This document shows, in pieces, positions 9,554 through 18,125 of a stretch of DNA of 64,000 nucleotides. This DNA is from Gemmatimonadaceae bacterium (GTDB taxonomy: Bacteria > Gemmatimonadota > Gemmatimonadetes > Gemmatimonadales > Gemmatimonadaceae), in contig JBHYGA010000005.1 of NCBI GenBank assembly GCA_051859245.1, forward strand, positions 352,001-416,000, read 5' to 3'. A program made the position numbers and the translations under genes. Position 1 is the stretch's first letter; the number at the start of each line of letters is the position of its first letter. The notes below the pieces were generated by a model. The model saw nothing but the letters and a program-made list of their open reading frames with translations. It made no database searches and was not told the origin of the DNA.

Positions 9554-10945
9554 TCAGTTGGCGGCGGCAACAAAGTTGAGCGCGTCGGTGCTGTCACCGA
9601 AGGAACTCACATCGTTCATACCCAGCGTATGCATCATGCTGAGCATGGCATTCGCCATCGGCGTACCATCGGGCGCCTTGATGTGCAGGTTGCCAGCCAG
9701 TCTTCCCTGCGACTTGCCAAGCAGCACCAGCGGGCAGCGCCGATGATTGTGCAAGTTCGAGTCGCCCATGGGCGATCCGTAAATGATCATCGTTTTGTCG
9801 AGCATGTTGCTGTCACCGTCCTGCAAGTCTTTGAGCTTTTGCAGGAAATACGGCAGCATGCCCACGTGGTACTTGTTGATCATCTGGAAATCTTTCACGC
9901 CACGTTCCGTGCCACCGTGATGCGAGGCCGGGTGGAACGGCTTGTCAGTGCCACTCTCCGGATAGGTGCGAGCCGAGCCATCGCGTCCCATCTTGAAGGA
10001 GAACACACGCGTGACATCGGCGGCAAACGCGAGCGCCTGAATGTCGAACATGAGTTCCACGTGCTCCTTGAAGGAATCCGGTACACCTGCGGGTGCTTCC
10101 GGCAGCTCGCGCGGATCGCCACTCATGTTGCGCGCTTCCACGCGCTGAATGCGACGCTCCACTTCGCGAATGTCATCCAGGTACCGCGCGAGACGATGAC
10201 GATCTTCCGGGCCCAACTCAGCGCGCAGCGATGCCATCTGGCCGGTCATGAAGTCGAGAATGCTTCGGCGCGTGCGCCGACGCTCCGCGCGCTCGGCCGA
10301 GCTGCCGCCAACGCCAAACAGTTTTTCAAACGCCACGCGTGGATCACGGATCACAGGCAACGGATCGGTGGGTGACGCCCAGCTGATGGAGTCCGTGTAC
10401 ACACATGCGTATCCGTAGGCGCAGCCGCCCGCTTGATCCACATTTTCAATGCACAGCTGCAATGACGGAATCGGTGTGTCCTGTCCGAACCGATTCGCGT
10501 AGAGCTGATCAAGCGATGTGCCCACCAGCACATCCGATCCTTCGGTCTGCTTGGGATGCTGGTGCGTGAGGAACGTGGCGCTCGAACGGAAGTGATCGCC
10601 GCCGATTTCCATGGGCGAGGTGGGCTCCGCCGCACGCACATCGGTGTTGCTGATAATCGTGAGATATTCACGCCACGGATCGAGTGCCTGCAGCGCTGTA
10701 GGCGCCAGATCAAACGCGCGTCCGGTCGCCGCCGGCGACCACATGTTCAGCGACGCGCCCAGCTCGTTGCAGCCCGCGGCGCCGTGCACCATTTCGATCG
10801 CCACCAATCGGGGCGCATCAGTGGCGCTGCGCCAGGCACCGCGACCGGTGGGCAACATCGCATCGAGATACGGCAGCGCAACGGTTGCGCTCATGCTCTG
10901 CAAAAAACGTCGACGTGGGATCGCCTTGCCGCTCAGAAACTCCAT
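9554..10945 (-). CDS. DUF1552 domain protein (Tat signal)
   Basis: RRRFL...VALPYLDAM leader, SLDQ, ISWAS, SPMGDSNLH motifs. Confidence 0.9.
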   Translation of the reverse strand: MEFLSGKAIPRRRFLQSMSATVALPYLDAMLPTGRGAWRSATDAPRLVAIEMVHGAAGCNELGASLNMWSPAATGRAFDLAPTALQALDPWREYLTIISNTDVRAAEPTSPMEIGGDHFRSSATFLTHQHPKQTEGSDVLVGTSLDQLYANRFGQDTPIPSLQLCIENVDQAGGCAYGYACVYTDSISWASPTDPLPVIRDPRVAFEKLFGVGGSSAERAERRRTRRSILDFMTGQMASLRAELGPEDRHRLARYLDDIREVERRIQRVEARNMSGDPRELPEAPAGVPDSFKEHVELMFDIQALAFAADVTRVFSFKMGRDGSARTYPESGTDKPFHPASHHGGTERGVKDFQMINKYHVGMLPYFLQKLKDLQDGDSNMLDKTMIIYGSPMGDSNLHNHRRCPLVLLGKSQGRLAGNLHIKAPDGTPMANAMLSMMHTLGMNDVSSFGDSTDALNFVAAAN

Positions 10946-10975
10946 GATCTGGCTCCGTAGAGAACGCTGCGCTGC

Positions 10976-13501
10976 CTAGCGGCCGCGCGTGCTGGGTGAA
11001 GTCGCTGCTGCAGTATCCTGGCTCACCGTTGCGGCGAGCCGGCGGCGGAATGGGTCACTCTTAACCACGCCAACGATGAACTCGTGCATTTTGTAGTCAC
11101 GCGCTTTGGCCGTCGCTTCAATGCGCCGGATTGCTGGCTGATCGAAGTACTCAACGCGTCGGCCAATGGCGTACGCCATCAGATTCTGTGTGAACGCCCG
11201 AACAATTGGTGTCGGACGCTTGAGCAGTGCACGCTGTAGCTCGGCAGGGCTGGCGATCTTTGTGCCGTCATAGAAATCGCCACGCGTATCAAGCGCTTCG
11301 CCATTCTCGCGAATGCGCCAGCGACCCGTGACATCGAAATTGTCGAGCGCGAGTCCAATCGGATCGATGAACTGATGACACGACCGACATGACGCGTTGT
11401 CGCGGTGCATTTCCATGCGCGCACGCGTGGTCAGGAATCGTCCGTCTTCAGACGCCTTGGTTTCTTCAAAGTCGGGAATGTCGGGCGGCGGCGGCGGAGG
11501 CGGCGAAGCCATCAACACTTCCATCACCCACTTGCCGCGCAGTACCGGCGAGGTGCGGTTCGCGTGCGACGTGAGCGTGAGGACACTTGCGTGCCCCAGC
11601 ACACCGGTGCGCGTGGAATCCGGATACATCACCTTGCGGAACTCGTTGCCCACCACACCCTGAATGCCGTAGTGCCGGGCGAGCGCTTCGTTCATGAAGG
11701 AATAGTTTGCGGTCAGCAGCTCGAGCATGCTGCGGTTGTCGCGCACCAATCCAAAAAAGAACAGTTCGGTCTCGCGACGCATATCATCGCCGAGCTGCTC
11801 GTGAAAATCGGGGAACTGCAACGCATCGGGATGCACTTTGGAGATGTCTTGCAGACGCATCCACTGTGCCGCAAATCGCGTAGCCAACGCCTCGGCGCGC
11901 GGGTCACGCAACATGCGTCGCGTCTCGCGCTCGAGCACCACGGAGTCGGTGAGTACGCCACGGCGTGCCAGTGCAATCAGTGCCGAATCCGGTGGTGCGC
12001 CCCAGAGAAAGAACGACAGGCGCGTGGCCATGTCTTCGGAAGATACCAGGCTCGGCGCACCCGCTTTGCTGCCGGCTGGCACGCGCTCCATGCGGAAAAT
12101 GAAGTGCGGGCTGGCGAGCACCGCTTCAAGCGCGGTGCGCACACCGGCTTCGAATCCGCCTTCCGCTGCTCCGTCGTCGTAGAACTCCATCAACGATTGC
12201 AGGTCGCCTTTTGACACGTCACGACGATACGCGGCGCTGGCCAGACGTTTGACGATCTGCTCGGCGCACGGACGCGCTTCGTTGGGCGATGTGGGGCGGC
12301 AGGTGAAAATGCGTCGGCGTAGCGGCGTGTCGGAAACGCCGGTTGGATTGAACGGCCCGGTGACCACGAAACTCTGCAAATGCGGGAGAATCGTGATGCC
12401 GTGCTGCAATCCAATCTGTGTATCCGCAATGCTGTGACCGATGGGTGAGATCACATCGTTCACCGGACCTTCAAACTGCCGCACGAATGTGACGGCAACA
12501 CGATGCTGTCCCGCACGAAGTGGAACCGCCGGTGTGCGCACATCCATGCCGTTCGGATCAGCCTGCGACATGCCGCGATCAATGTCGAGCAGTGCGACCC
12601 GCGCACCATCTACGGAGACTTCGATTTTTTCGTCGAAGGGTGCCGTTTGCCCGTACAACTGGCCCGTTGGCGTCGCGTGCAGCGTAATCGTGAATGCGTA
12701 TTCGCCGTCGGCCGGGAATGTGTGCATCACGGCCACACCGCCGCGCGTGCCCTGCGGAGCGCCAGGCAACGGTTCAAGCTGCGACGCGAGACGCGGCACG
12801 CGATACGCGCGCGACACTGTGCTTGCCGTCGGATCACCAACCGCCAGTCGACTGATTTCGCTCGCGGCGTCGAGATACGCATCAAGCACCGTGGCGGATG
12901 GCGTTTGTGCGTCGGCGATGTTGTCAAAGTTTGCGCTGCGTGTATCGAGCGGTAACCATGACTCGGCGTTCACTTGCAGTCCGAGTAACTCGTACACCGA
13001 GCGCTCGTACTCTGCGCGATTCAGTCGCTGAAACGCACGAACGCCGGGATTGGGGTCGGACTTGGCGCGTGCATCCATCACGCGTTCAAGCGAAGTCGCC
13101 AGTACATCGAGTGTGTCACCACCCGGACGGCGGCGCCCTGGCGGTGGCATCATGCCTGAGCGCAGCTTGCCGATCATCTTCTCGGCAACGTCTGGCGCCG
13201 CCGATGCAACGGTATTGAGATCAAACGCGGCCAGCGACAGGTTGCCCTGTTTGCGCGTCTCACTGTGGCAGTTCAGACACGTGGCTTTGACAACCGCGGT
13301 CAGCTCATCATTTGAAATGTCGGTTGCTGGACGTGCGATTGGTTCATGCGCGCCTGAAATGTTCGTTGCTGGACGCGCGATCGGTTCATGCACGCCCATC
13401 GGTCTCGCGTGCGGAGCACCTTCGGCGACATCGAATCCGGCCACGGTATACCCGAGCACGGCGAGTAACGCACCAGCACCTGCAACGGCCAATGACTTCA
13501 T
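10976..13501 (-). CDS. DUF1592/1588/1595/1587/1585 domain c-type cytochrome
   Basis: CLNCH and CRSCH heme motifs, RLNRAEY, RLSFFLW, TSPVLRGKWV, NFDVTGRWR. Confidence 0.9.
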   Translation of the reverse strand: MKSLAVAGAGALLAVLGYTVAGFDVAEGAPHARPMGVHEPIARPATNISGAHEPIARPATDISNDELTAVVKATCLNCHSETRKQGNLSLAAFDLNTVASAAPDVAEKMIGKLRSGMMPPPGRRRPGGDTLDVLATSLERVMDARAKSDPNPGVRAFQRLNRAEYERSVYELLGLQVNAESWLPLDTRSANFDNIADAQTPSATVLDAYLDAASEISRLAVGDPTASTVSRAYRVPRLASQLEPLPGAPQGTRGGVAVMHTFPADGEYAFTITLHATPTGQLYGQTAPFDEKIEVSVDGARVALLDIDRGMSQADPNGMDVRTPAVPLRAGQHRVAVTFVRQFEGPVNDVISPIGHSIADTQIGLQHGITILPHLQSFVVTGPFNPTGVSDTPLRRRIFTCRPTSPNEARPCAEQIVKRLASAAYRRDVSKGDLQSLMEFYDDGAAEGGFEAGVRTALEAVLASPHFIFRMERVPAGSKAGAPSLVSSEDMATRLSFFLWGAPPDSALIALARRGVLTDSVVLERETRRMLRDPRAEALATRFAAQWMRLQDISKVHPDALQFPDFHEQLGDDMRRETELFFFGLVRDNRSMLELLTANYSFMNEALARHYGIQGVVGNEFRKVMYPDSTRTGVLGHASVLTLTSHANRTSPVLRGKWVMEVLMASPPPPPPPDIPDFEETKASEDGRFLTTRARMEMHRDNASCRSCHQFIDPIGLALDNFDVTGRWRIRENGEALDTRGDFYDGTKIASPAELQRALLKRPTPIVRAFTQNLMAYAIGRRVEYFDQPAIRRIEATAKARDYKMHEFIVGVVKSDPFRRRLAATVSQDTAAATSPSTRGR
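13313..13396. repeat. 42 bp tandem duplication (2 copies, 37/42 identical) in the N-terminal linker of the DUF1592 protein
   Basis: TGAAATGTCGGTTGCTGGACGTGCGATTGGTTCATGCGCGCC / TGAAATGTTCGTTGCTGGACGCGCGATCGGTTCATGCACGCC; encodes HEPIARPAT(N/D)IS twice. Confidence 0.9.
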
Positions 13502-13723
13502 CCCGAGGATCTCCGGGGCACGGCGGGAGGGCGAACGAGGAGGGAAGGGCCCGCAAAGGCCCAGCGTAACTTGCGGCTCAGTACTGCAGACAGCAACACA
13601 TTTTTACGGATTCGTACGGAGCGGCCCTTGCTCAGCCGCGCGCCGACGTCTCTTATTGGGCGACCCCAGTCCGAGTAACCGTCACAGCACCGGTTGCCTC
13701 TGCCCCCTTTGCACAAGAACGCC

Positions 13724-14710
13724 ATGCGTAACGCCTTGTTGATGACGGCCTTGCTCACCGTATCGTTGACGTCTGCCCGTACTGAGCTGCCCGCGCAGGC
13801 TCGTCTGAATCCGGTGGTGGAGTTGCTGGAGAAGCAACAGCCGGTGTTTGGCCTTTACGCCCCAGCCAATCGTCGCGTGCGGCCCGGCGGTCCACCGATT
13901 CCGCCCGACTCGCTGCGCAGCATGGACCAGCTGGCGATCGAGGCGCTGGCCGCGAAAGGTGCCGATTACATCTTTGACGGCACGATGGAGGGCGACTTCG
14001 ATGGCGGCTATCGCAGCTTCACGGAGTTCGCGGCGGGCATGGCGAAGGCGGGCAATCTGCAAACATCTCCCACCCCCAGATTCCGCGCGCCGCTGTTTGT
14101 GAAGACGCCCGGTTTCGCCGCGAATCCCGCGCTCGCCCGCGAACGCATTGCGAAGCAACTCAATCTCGGCGTAAGCGGCATCGTGTTCGTTGATGTGGAG
14201 ACGGCCGCTGAGATGCGCGAGGGGATCAAGGCGGTGCGGTTTGCATCGGCCGGTGGTACGCGTCCCGACGCGGTGGGCGACGCACCCGCGCGCTGGGGCA
14301 TGTCGGAAGCTGACTACAAGCGCAAAGCCGATGTGTACCCGCTGAACAAGCAGGGCGAACTCATCACGTTTGCCATTGTGGAGAGCAAGGAAGGCCTGGC
14401 GAACATTCGCGAGATCGCGGCGGTGCCGGGCATCAGCGTACTGTTTCCCGGCGCTGGCACGCTGCGCGGTGTCTTTACGTCAACCGATGCATCTGGTCAG
14501 CGCGTGTTCGACGAAAAGGGCTGGGAAGCCGCGATTCAATCGGTGCTCTCGGCGTGCAAGGAGTTCAAGGTGCCGTGCGGCTATCCGGCTGGTCCGGCCG
14601 ACATTGAAGCCCGCATGTCGCAGGGCTTCAATGTCTTTGTGATCGGCTGGGGGACGCCCGGCTTCAAGGCCGTTGAGTTAGGACGGGCCAAGGCCGGACG
14701 TAACTGGTAG
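13724..14710 (+). CDS. HpcH/HpaI aldolase/citrate lyase-family protein with signal peptide
   Basis: LGVSGIVF.DVETAAE, AIVESKEGLANIREIAAVPGI, ACKEFKVPCG; N-terminal signal-like segment. Confidence 0.75.
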   Translation: MRNALLMTALLTVSLTSARTELPAQARLNPVVELLEKQQPVFGLYAPANRRVRPGGPPIPPDSLRSMDQLAIEALAAKGADYIFDGTMEGDFDGGYRSFTEFAAGMAKAGNLQTSPTPRFRAPLFVKTPGFAANPALARERIAKQLNLGVSGIVFVDVETAAEMREGIKAVRFASAGGTRPDAVGDAPARWGMSEADYKRKADVYPLNKQGELITFAIVESKEGLANIREIAAVPGISVLFPGAGTLRGVFTSTDASGQRVFDEKGWEAAIQSVLSACKEFKVPCGYPAGPADIEARMSQGFNVFVIGWGTPGFKAVELGRAKAGRNW

Positions 14711-15127
14711 CTTCAACAGAATTGCTTTGGCGCTAGCCGAGTCGGCGCGAAACTCGTTCGCGCCAGCCGGCGCCTTGTTGAGCTGCAGCATGTAGGCAAG
14801 CACGTCTTCGTACTGCTGCTGCGTGAGTGTGCCCGGCGTTTCGTCGGGCATTGTGGTGCGGACATTCTCGTACAAATCAAACAGCGATCGTCCGTTCCAC
14901 TCGCCGTGGAAGTCTGCGTTGGTGAAATCCTGCGGCTCGTGGCACTCACTGCAGACTTTCTTGAAGACCGTGAGTCCGCGTTCCGCCTGCGCGGTGGTGT
15001 ACGCGCCTACAGTGTCCGGAGCGAATGAGGCCGCGTGCGCTGGGCGAACGCGTGCCGGTGCATCGGTCAGCGCAATCGTGGCCGTGGCCAGCGCTACCGC
15101 CGTCGGGAGCAGAAGTTTGTGCAGCAT
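14678..15127 (-). CDS. Monoheme c-type cytochrome
   Basis: Signal peptide, YTTAQAERG, CSECH, TMP axial Met. Confidence 0.9.
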   Translation of the reverse strand: MLHKLLLPTAVALATATIALTDAPARVRPAHAASFAPDTVGAYTTAQAERGLTVFKKVCSECHEPQDFTNADFHGEWNGRSLFDLYENVRTTMPDETPGTLTQQQYEDVLAYMLQLNKAPAGANEFRADSASAKAILLKLPVTSGLGPS

Positions 15128-15229
15128 GCTTCGAAAGTGACGAGGTGCAGTGGGCAGGGCAAGGGATAGCCAACGCCGGCTGAGTCATCCCGCAATTCGT
15201 GGGACGATCCAGGCTACCGAACCGACCGT

Positions 15230-16369
15230 TCAGGACATCGCAAAGCGACCGGCGCCGAACAGGGGGTGCGGCTGTTGCGCCGGATCCGTGACCAGATCGG
15301 CCACTATCTCCCCGATCACCGGTGCAAACTTGAACCCGTGTCCTGAGCAGGCGCTCGCAACAACGACATTGTCGTGTGCGGGGTGCCGGTCGAGCACAAA
15401 GTGTTCATCCGGAGTCTTGGTGTACATGCACGTCACCGTCTGGACGAGCTCGCCGTTCGCACTCGGCAAGAAACGATCGAGCAGTGACCGCATGTACGCG
15501 ACCTCGCTTGAGTGCACATGGCGATCAATGCCGTCGGCCGTCGTGCTATGACCAGAGCCGTGCAGCGCCACCTTGATGCCGTCCCCCGTATCGGGGAATC
15601 CGTACCACACGCACTCGGGCTCGGTATCAAAGAGGAACACCGGAAATTGTTCGGGCGAAAAAAGGTTCGCATGGGAGGCTGGCCGAAACCAGAACAGCAC
15701 GTTTCGCTCCACCACCAGCGGCACGTGCATTCCGTGCAGCTGCGCGGACGCCCACGGTCCGAGGGCCAGCACCAAGTGCTTCGCCGTTCGCGTACCTCTC
15801 GATGTGATCACCGTGACACCGCTGCTGGTGGCACGCCATGACTGCATCTTCTCCTGCGTTGCGATCGTGGCGCCAGCGCTCGCGGCGGCGCCCAGCATGC
15901 TGTGGATGCACGCTTCTGGATCAAGCACGCCTGCTCGCGGTTCAAACACGGCGACCGTATCAGACGGGGCGGTGAACGCCGGCGCTCTCACTTGCAGTTG
16001 CTCTGCACGCAGCAATTCGTGCGGCAGTGCATGGGCCAAGGCACTGGCGAGAGCACCTGAAACCAGTGCGCCATGCCGCGGACCGAGCATCAAGCCGCCC
16101 GTCTCGCGCAGGAGCGCCGTACCGCGCGCCCGCTCTAGTGCCCGCCACACCGTATACGCACGCTGTACGAGCGGCACGTACTGCGGATCTTCAAAATACG
16201 CTTCGCGAATGATGCGCGAGCGACCGTGCGACGAGCCCAATGCGTGCGGTGGTGCGAACTGATCGAGGCCAAGTACACGATGTCCGCGTTCGGCCAGTTG
16301 CCACAGTGCCGCGCTGCCAGCAGCGCCAAGCCCAACCACGATCGTGTCCCAACCGTGCGTGGCAGACAT
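15230..16369 (-). CDS. solA: N-methyl-L-tryptophan oxidase / monomeric sarcosine oxidase
   Basis: GLGAAG FAD motif, GSSHGRSRIIR, CMYTKTPD, CSGHGFKFAP. Confidence 0.9.
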   Translation of the reverse strand: MSATHGWDTIVVGLGAAGSAALWQLAERGHRVLGLDQFAPPHALGSSHGRSRIIREAYFEDPQYVPLVQRAYTVWRALERARGTALLRETGGLMLGPRHGALVSGALASALAHALPHELLRAEQLQVRAPAFTAPSDTVAVFEPRAGVLDPEACIHSMLGAAASAGATIATQEKMQSWRATSSGVTVITSRGTRTAKHLVLALGPWASAQLHGMHVPLVVERNVLFWFRPASHANLFSPEQFPVFLFDTEPECVWYGFPDTGDGIKVALHGSGHSTTADGIDRHVHSSEVAYMRSLLDRFLPSANGELVQTVTCMYTKTPDEHFVLDRHPAHDNVVVASACSGHGFKFAPVIGEIVADLVTDPAQQPHPLFGAGRFAMS

Positions 16370-16379
16370 GTGATGGCGA

Positions 16380-16967
16380 TCAGCGTGCGGCGCGAGCGGC
16401 TCGCGCACGCGTTGTGCTCTTTCGTCGCGTCGGACGCTTGGCGACGTGCCGCGCGGCAAACACGCCGGCAGCGAATCCACCGGCGTGTGACTGCCAACTT
16501 ACCCCCGATTGCCCGGGCAGCACACCGAACACCAGGCCGCCCCACACACCGGCCACGAAGAGGCTCACCAGAATCATGCCGACGCGCCGCGCAAACCAAC
16601 CGTGCGAGAGCAGGAATCCGAGATAACCAAACACGACGCCACTGGCGCCGATGTGCACGCTGCGCGGCGCGCCAAACATCCACGCCGCGAGACCAGCGCC
16701 AAGCACGCTCCACAGCGTGACTGTAAGGAACCGTCGATCATCGGCGAACAGCACCAGAGCGCCGAGCACGAGCAGTGGCACCGAGTTCGACATGAGATGC
16801 GCAACGTTGCCGTGCAGTACCGGTGCAAGCGGAATACCACGCAAGCCGTTCAGCGTTCGCGGCACCACACCAAACACGGCAAATGAGCCGGGCAGCACGG
16901 CGTCGACCGCGAGCACCATCCAGCACAACACAACAAACCCGACGAGTAGCAACGCGTGCTGCTTCAT
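16380..16967 (-). CDS. Rhomboid family intramembrane serine protease
   Basis: HLMSN, GASG, SWQSHAGG. Confidence 0.9.
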   Translation of the reverse strand: MKQHALLLVGFVVLCWMVLAVDAVLPGSFAVFGVVPRTLNGLRGIPLAPVLHGNVAHLMSNSVPLLVLGALVLFADDRRFLTVTLWSVLGAGLAAWMFGAPRSVHIGASGVVFGYLGFLLSHGWFARRVGMILVSLFVAGVWGGLVFGVLPGQSGVSWQSHAGGFAAGVFAARHVAKRPTRRKSTTRARAARAAR

Positions 16968-16974
16968 GCCGTTG

Positions 16975-17427
16975 TTAATCAAGGAACCGATCGGCTACGC
17001 CAGGTGCGGGCAGCATGCACATATCGCGACGACCAAACCAACGGTAGCGATTGCGGGCGATGTAGTCGTACACCGCATCGCGCACGAAGCGCGGCACGAT
17101 GCGCGCAAGCGAAAGCAGCGACCACGGCAGGCCGAGCGACGCGGAAATGCGCAGTGCAGCATCGGAGCGCACATGAATACCGTCGGCGTCGAGCAGCACG
17201 ATGCTGTCGGGCATGATCGCTGGTGCACCATTGGCAGACAGCGCACTGCGCGCCGCATCGGACTGTAACGATGCAAAACGAAAGTGTGCACGCTTGTCGC
17301 GTTCAATCACCCATGTCACCGCGCCGTTACACAAGTTGCACACGCCATCGAACAAAATCACCGGCGCCGCTGGCGCAGATGTTGATGTTGTTCGAAACGC
17401 GGGATCGTGCGGTTGCGTAGTGGTCAT
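16975..17427 (-). CDS. DCC1-like thiol-disulfide oxidoreductase (DUF393)
   Basis: FDGVCNLC, FASLQS, ARNRYRWFG. Confidence 0.92.
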   Translation of the reverse strand: MTTTQPHDPAFRTTSTSAPAAPVILFDGVCNLCNGAVTWVIERDKRAHFRFASLQSDAARSALSANGAPAIMPDSIVLLDADGIHVRSDAALRISASLGLPWSLLSLARIVPRFVRDAVYDYIARNRYRWFGRRDMCMLPAPGVADRFLD

Positions 17428-17570
17428 GACATGGCAGCCTGAGGTCAATCGCAAACCCTTTACTCAGTACGTCAAAGCTAGCGGAAAGTTGCCGCTTGTG
17501 ACATGTGCTGGCTGGCCGTCTCTGCCTGCACCGCTCGCGAGCCTGTGGTTCGACACATAGAATCCCTCTC

Positions 17571-18125
17571 GTGCTCATCATTTATCTCTGGATGTTCGTT
17601 GCCGCCGGTGTTTCACTGCTGGCGCTGCTCTGGTTTGGTTCCGTAGACGACGACGGTCTCGCCCCGGAGAGTGATACCGGGCTGGCCGGCCTGGCCGCCG
17701 CATTCCTGTCGATTCGTGGCATGTTGGCGGCGATGACACTGGCCGGGGCCGTGGGCGCGTTTTTGCTCGGCGTCGCGCTCGTGCCCAAACTCGTGTCCGT
17801 GGTTGGCGCGCTGATCGGCGCCGTGGTTGGTGCGCGCGTGTGGCGCGTTGTATTGCGCAAACTCCGGTATTTTGATCGCGATCACGGCGTGTCAACCGAC
17901 GCGTTGCTTGGTCGAGAAGGTACGCTCACTGTCGGCATCGCCAGCGAACGTGCGCCCGGTGTGGTACAAGTCACGCTTGGCGGATTGTCGCAAGAGTTCA
18001 CGGCGCTGCCGGAAACCGATGGCATTCTGCAGGAAGGTTCGCGCGTAGTCATCGTGCGCATCGAGTCGCCGTCCACCGTGGTGGTTGGTCCGAGTCCATA
18101 TCCCGAACATCCTTCTGCCAAATGA
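17571..18125 (+). CDS. NfeD-like membrane protein (C-terminal OB fold)
   Basis: TM helices plus LLGREG...G.VQV...GSRVVIV; directly upstream of flotillin. Confidence 0.8.
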   Translation: MLIIYLWMFVAAGVSLLALLWFGSVDDDGLAPESDTGLAGLAAAFLSIRGMLAAMTLAGAVGAFLLGVALVPKLVSVVGALIGAVVGARVWRVVLRKLRYFDRDHGVSTDALLGREGTLTVGIASERAPGVVQVTLGGLSQEFTALPETDGILQEGSRVVIVRIESPSTVVVGPSPYPEHPSAK

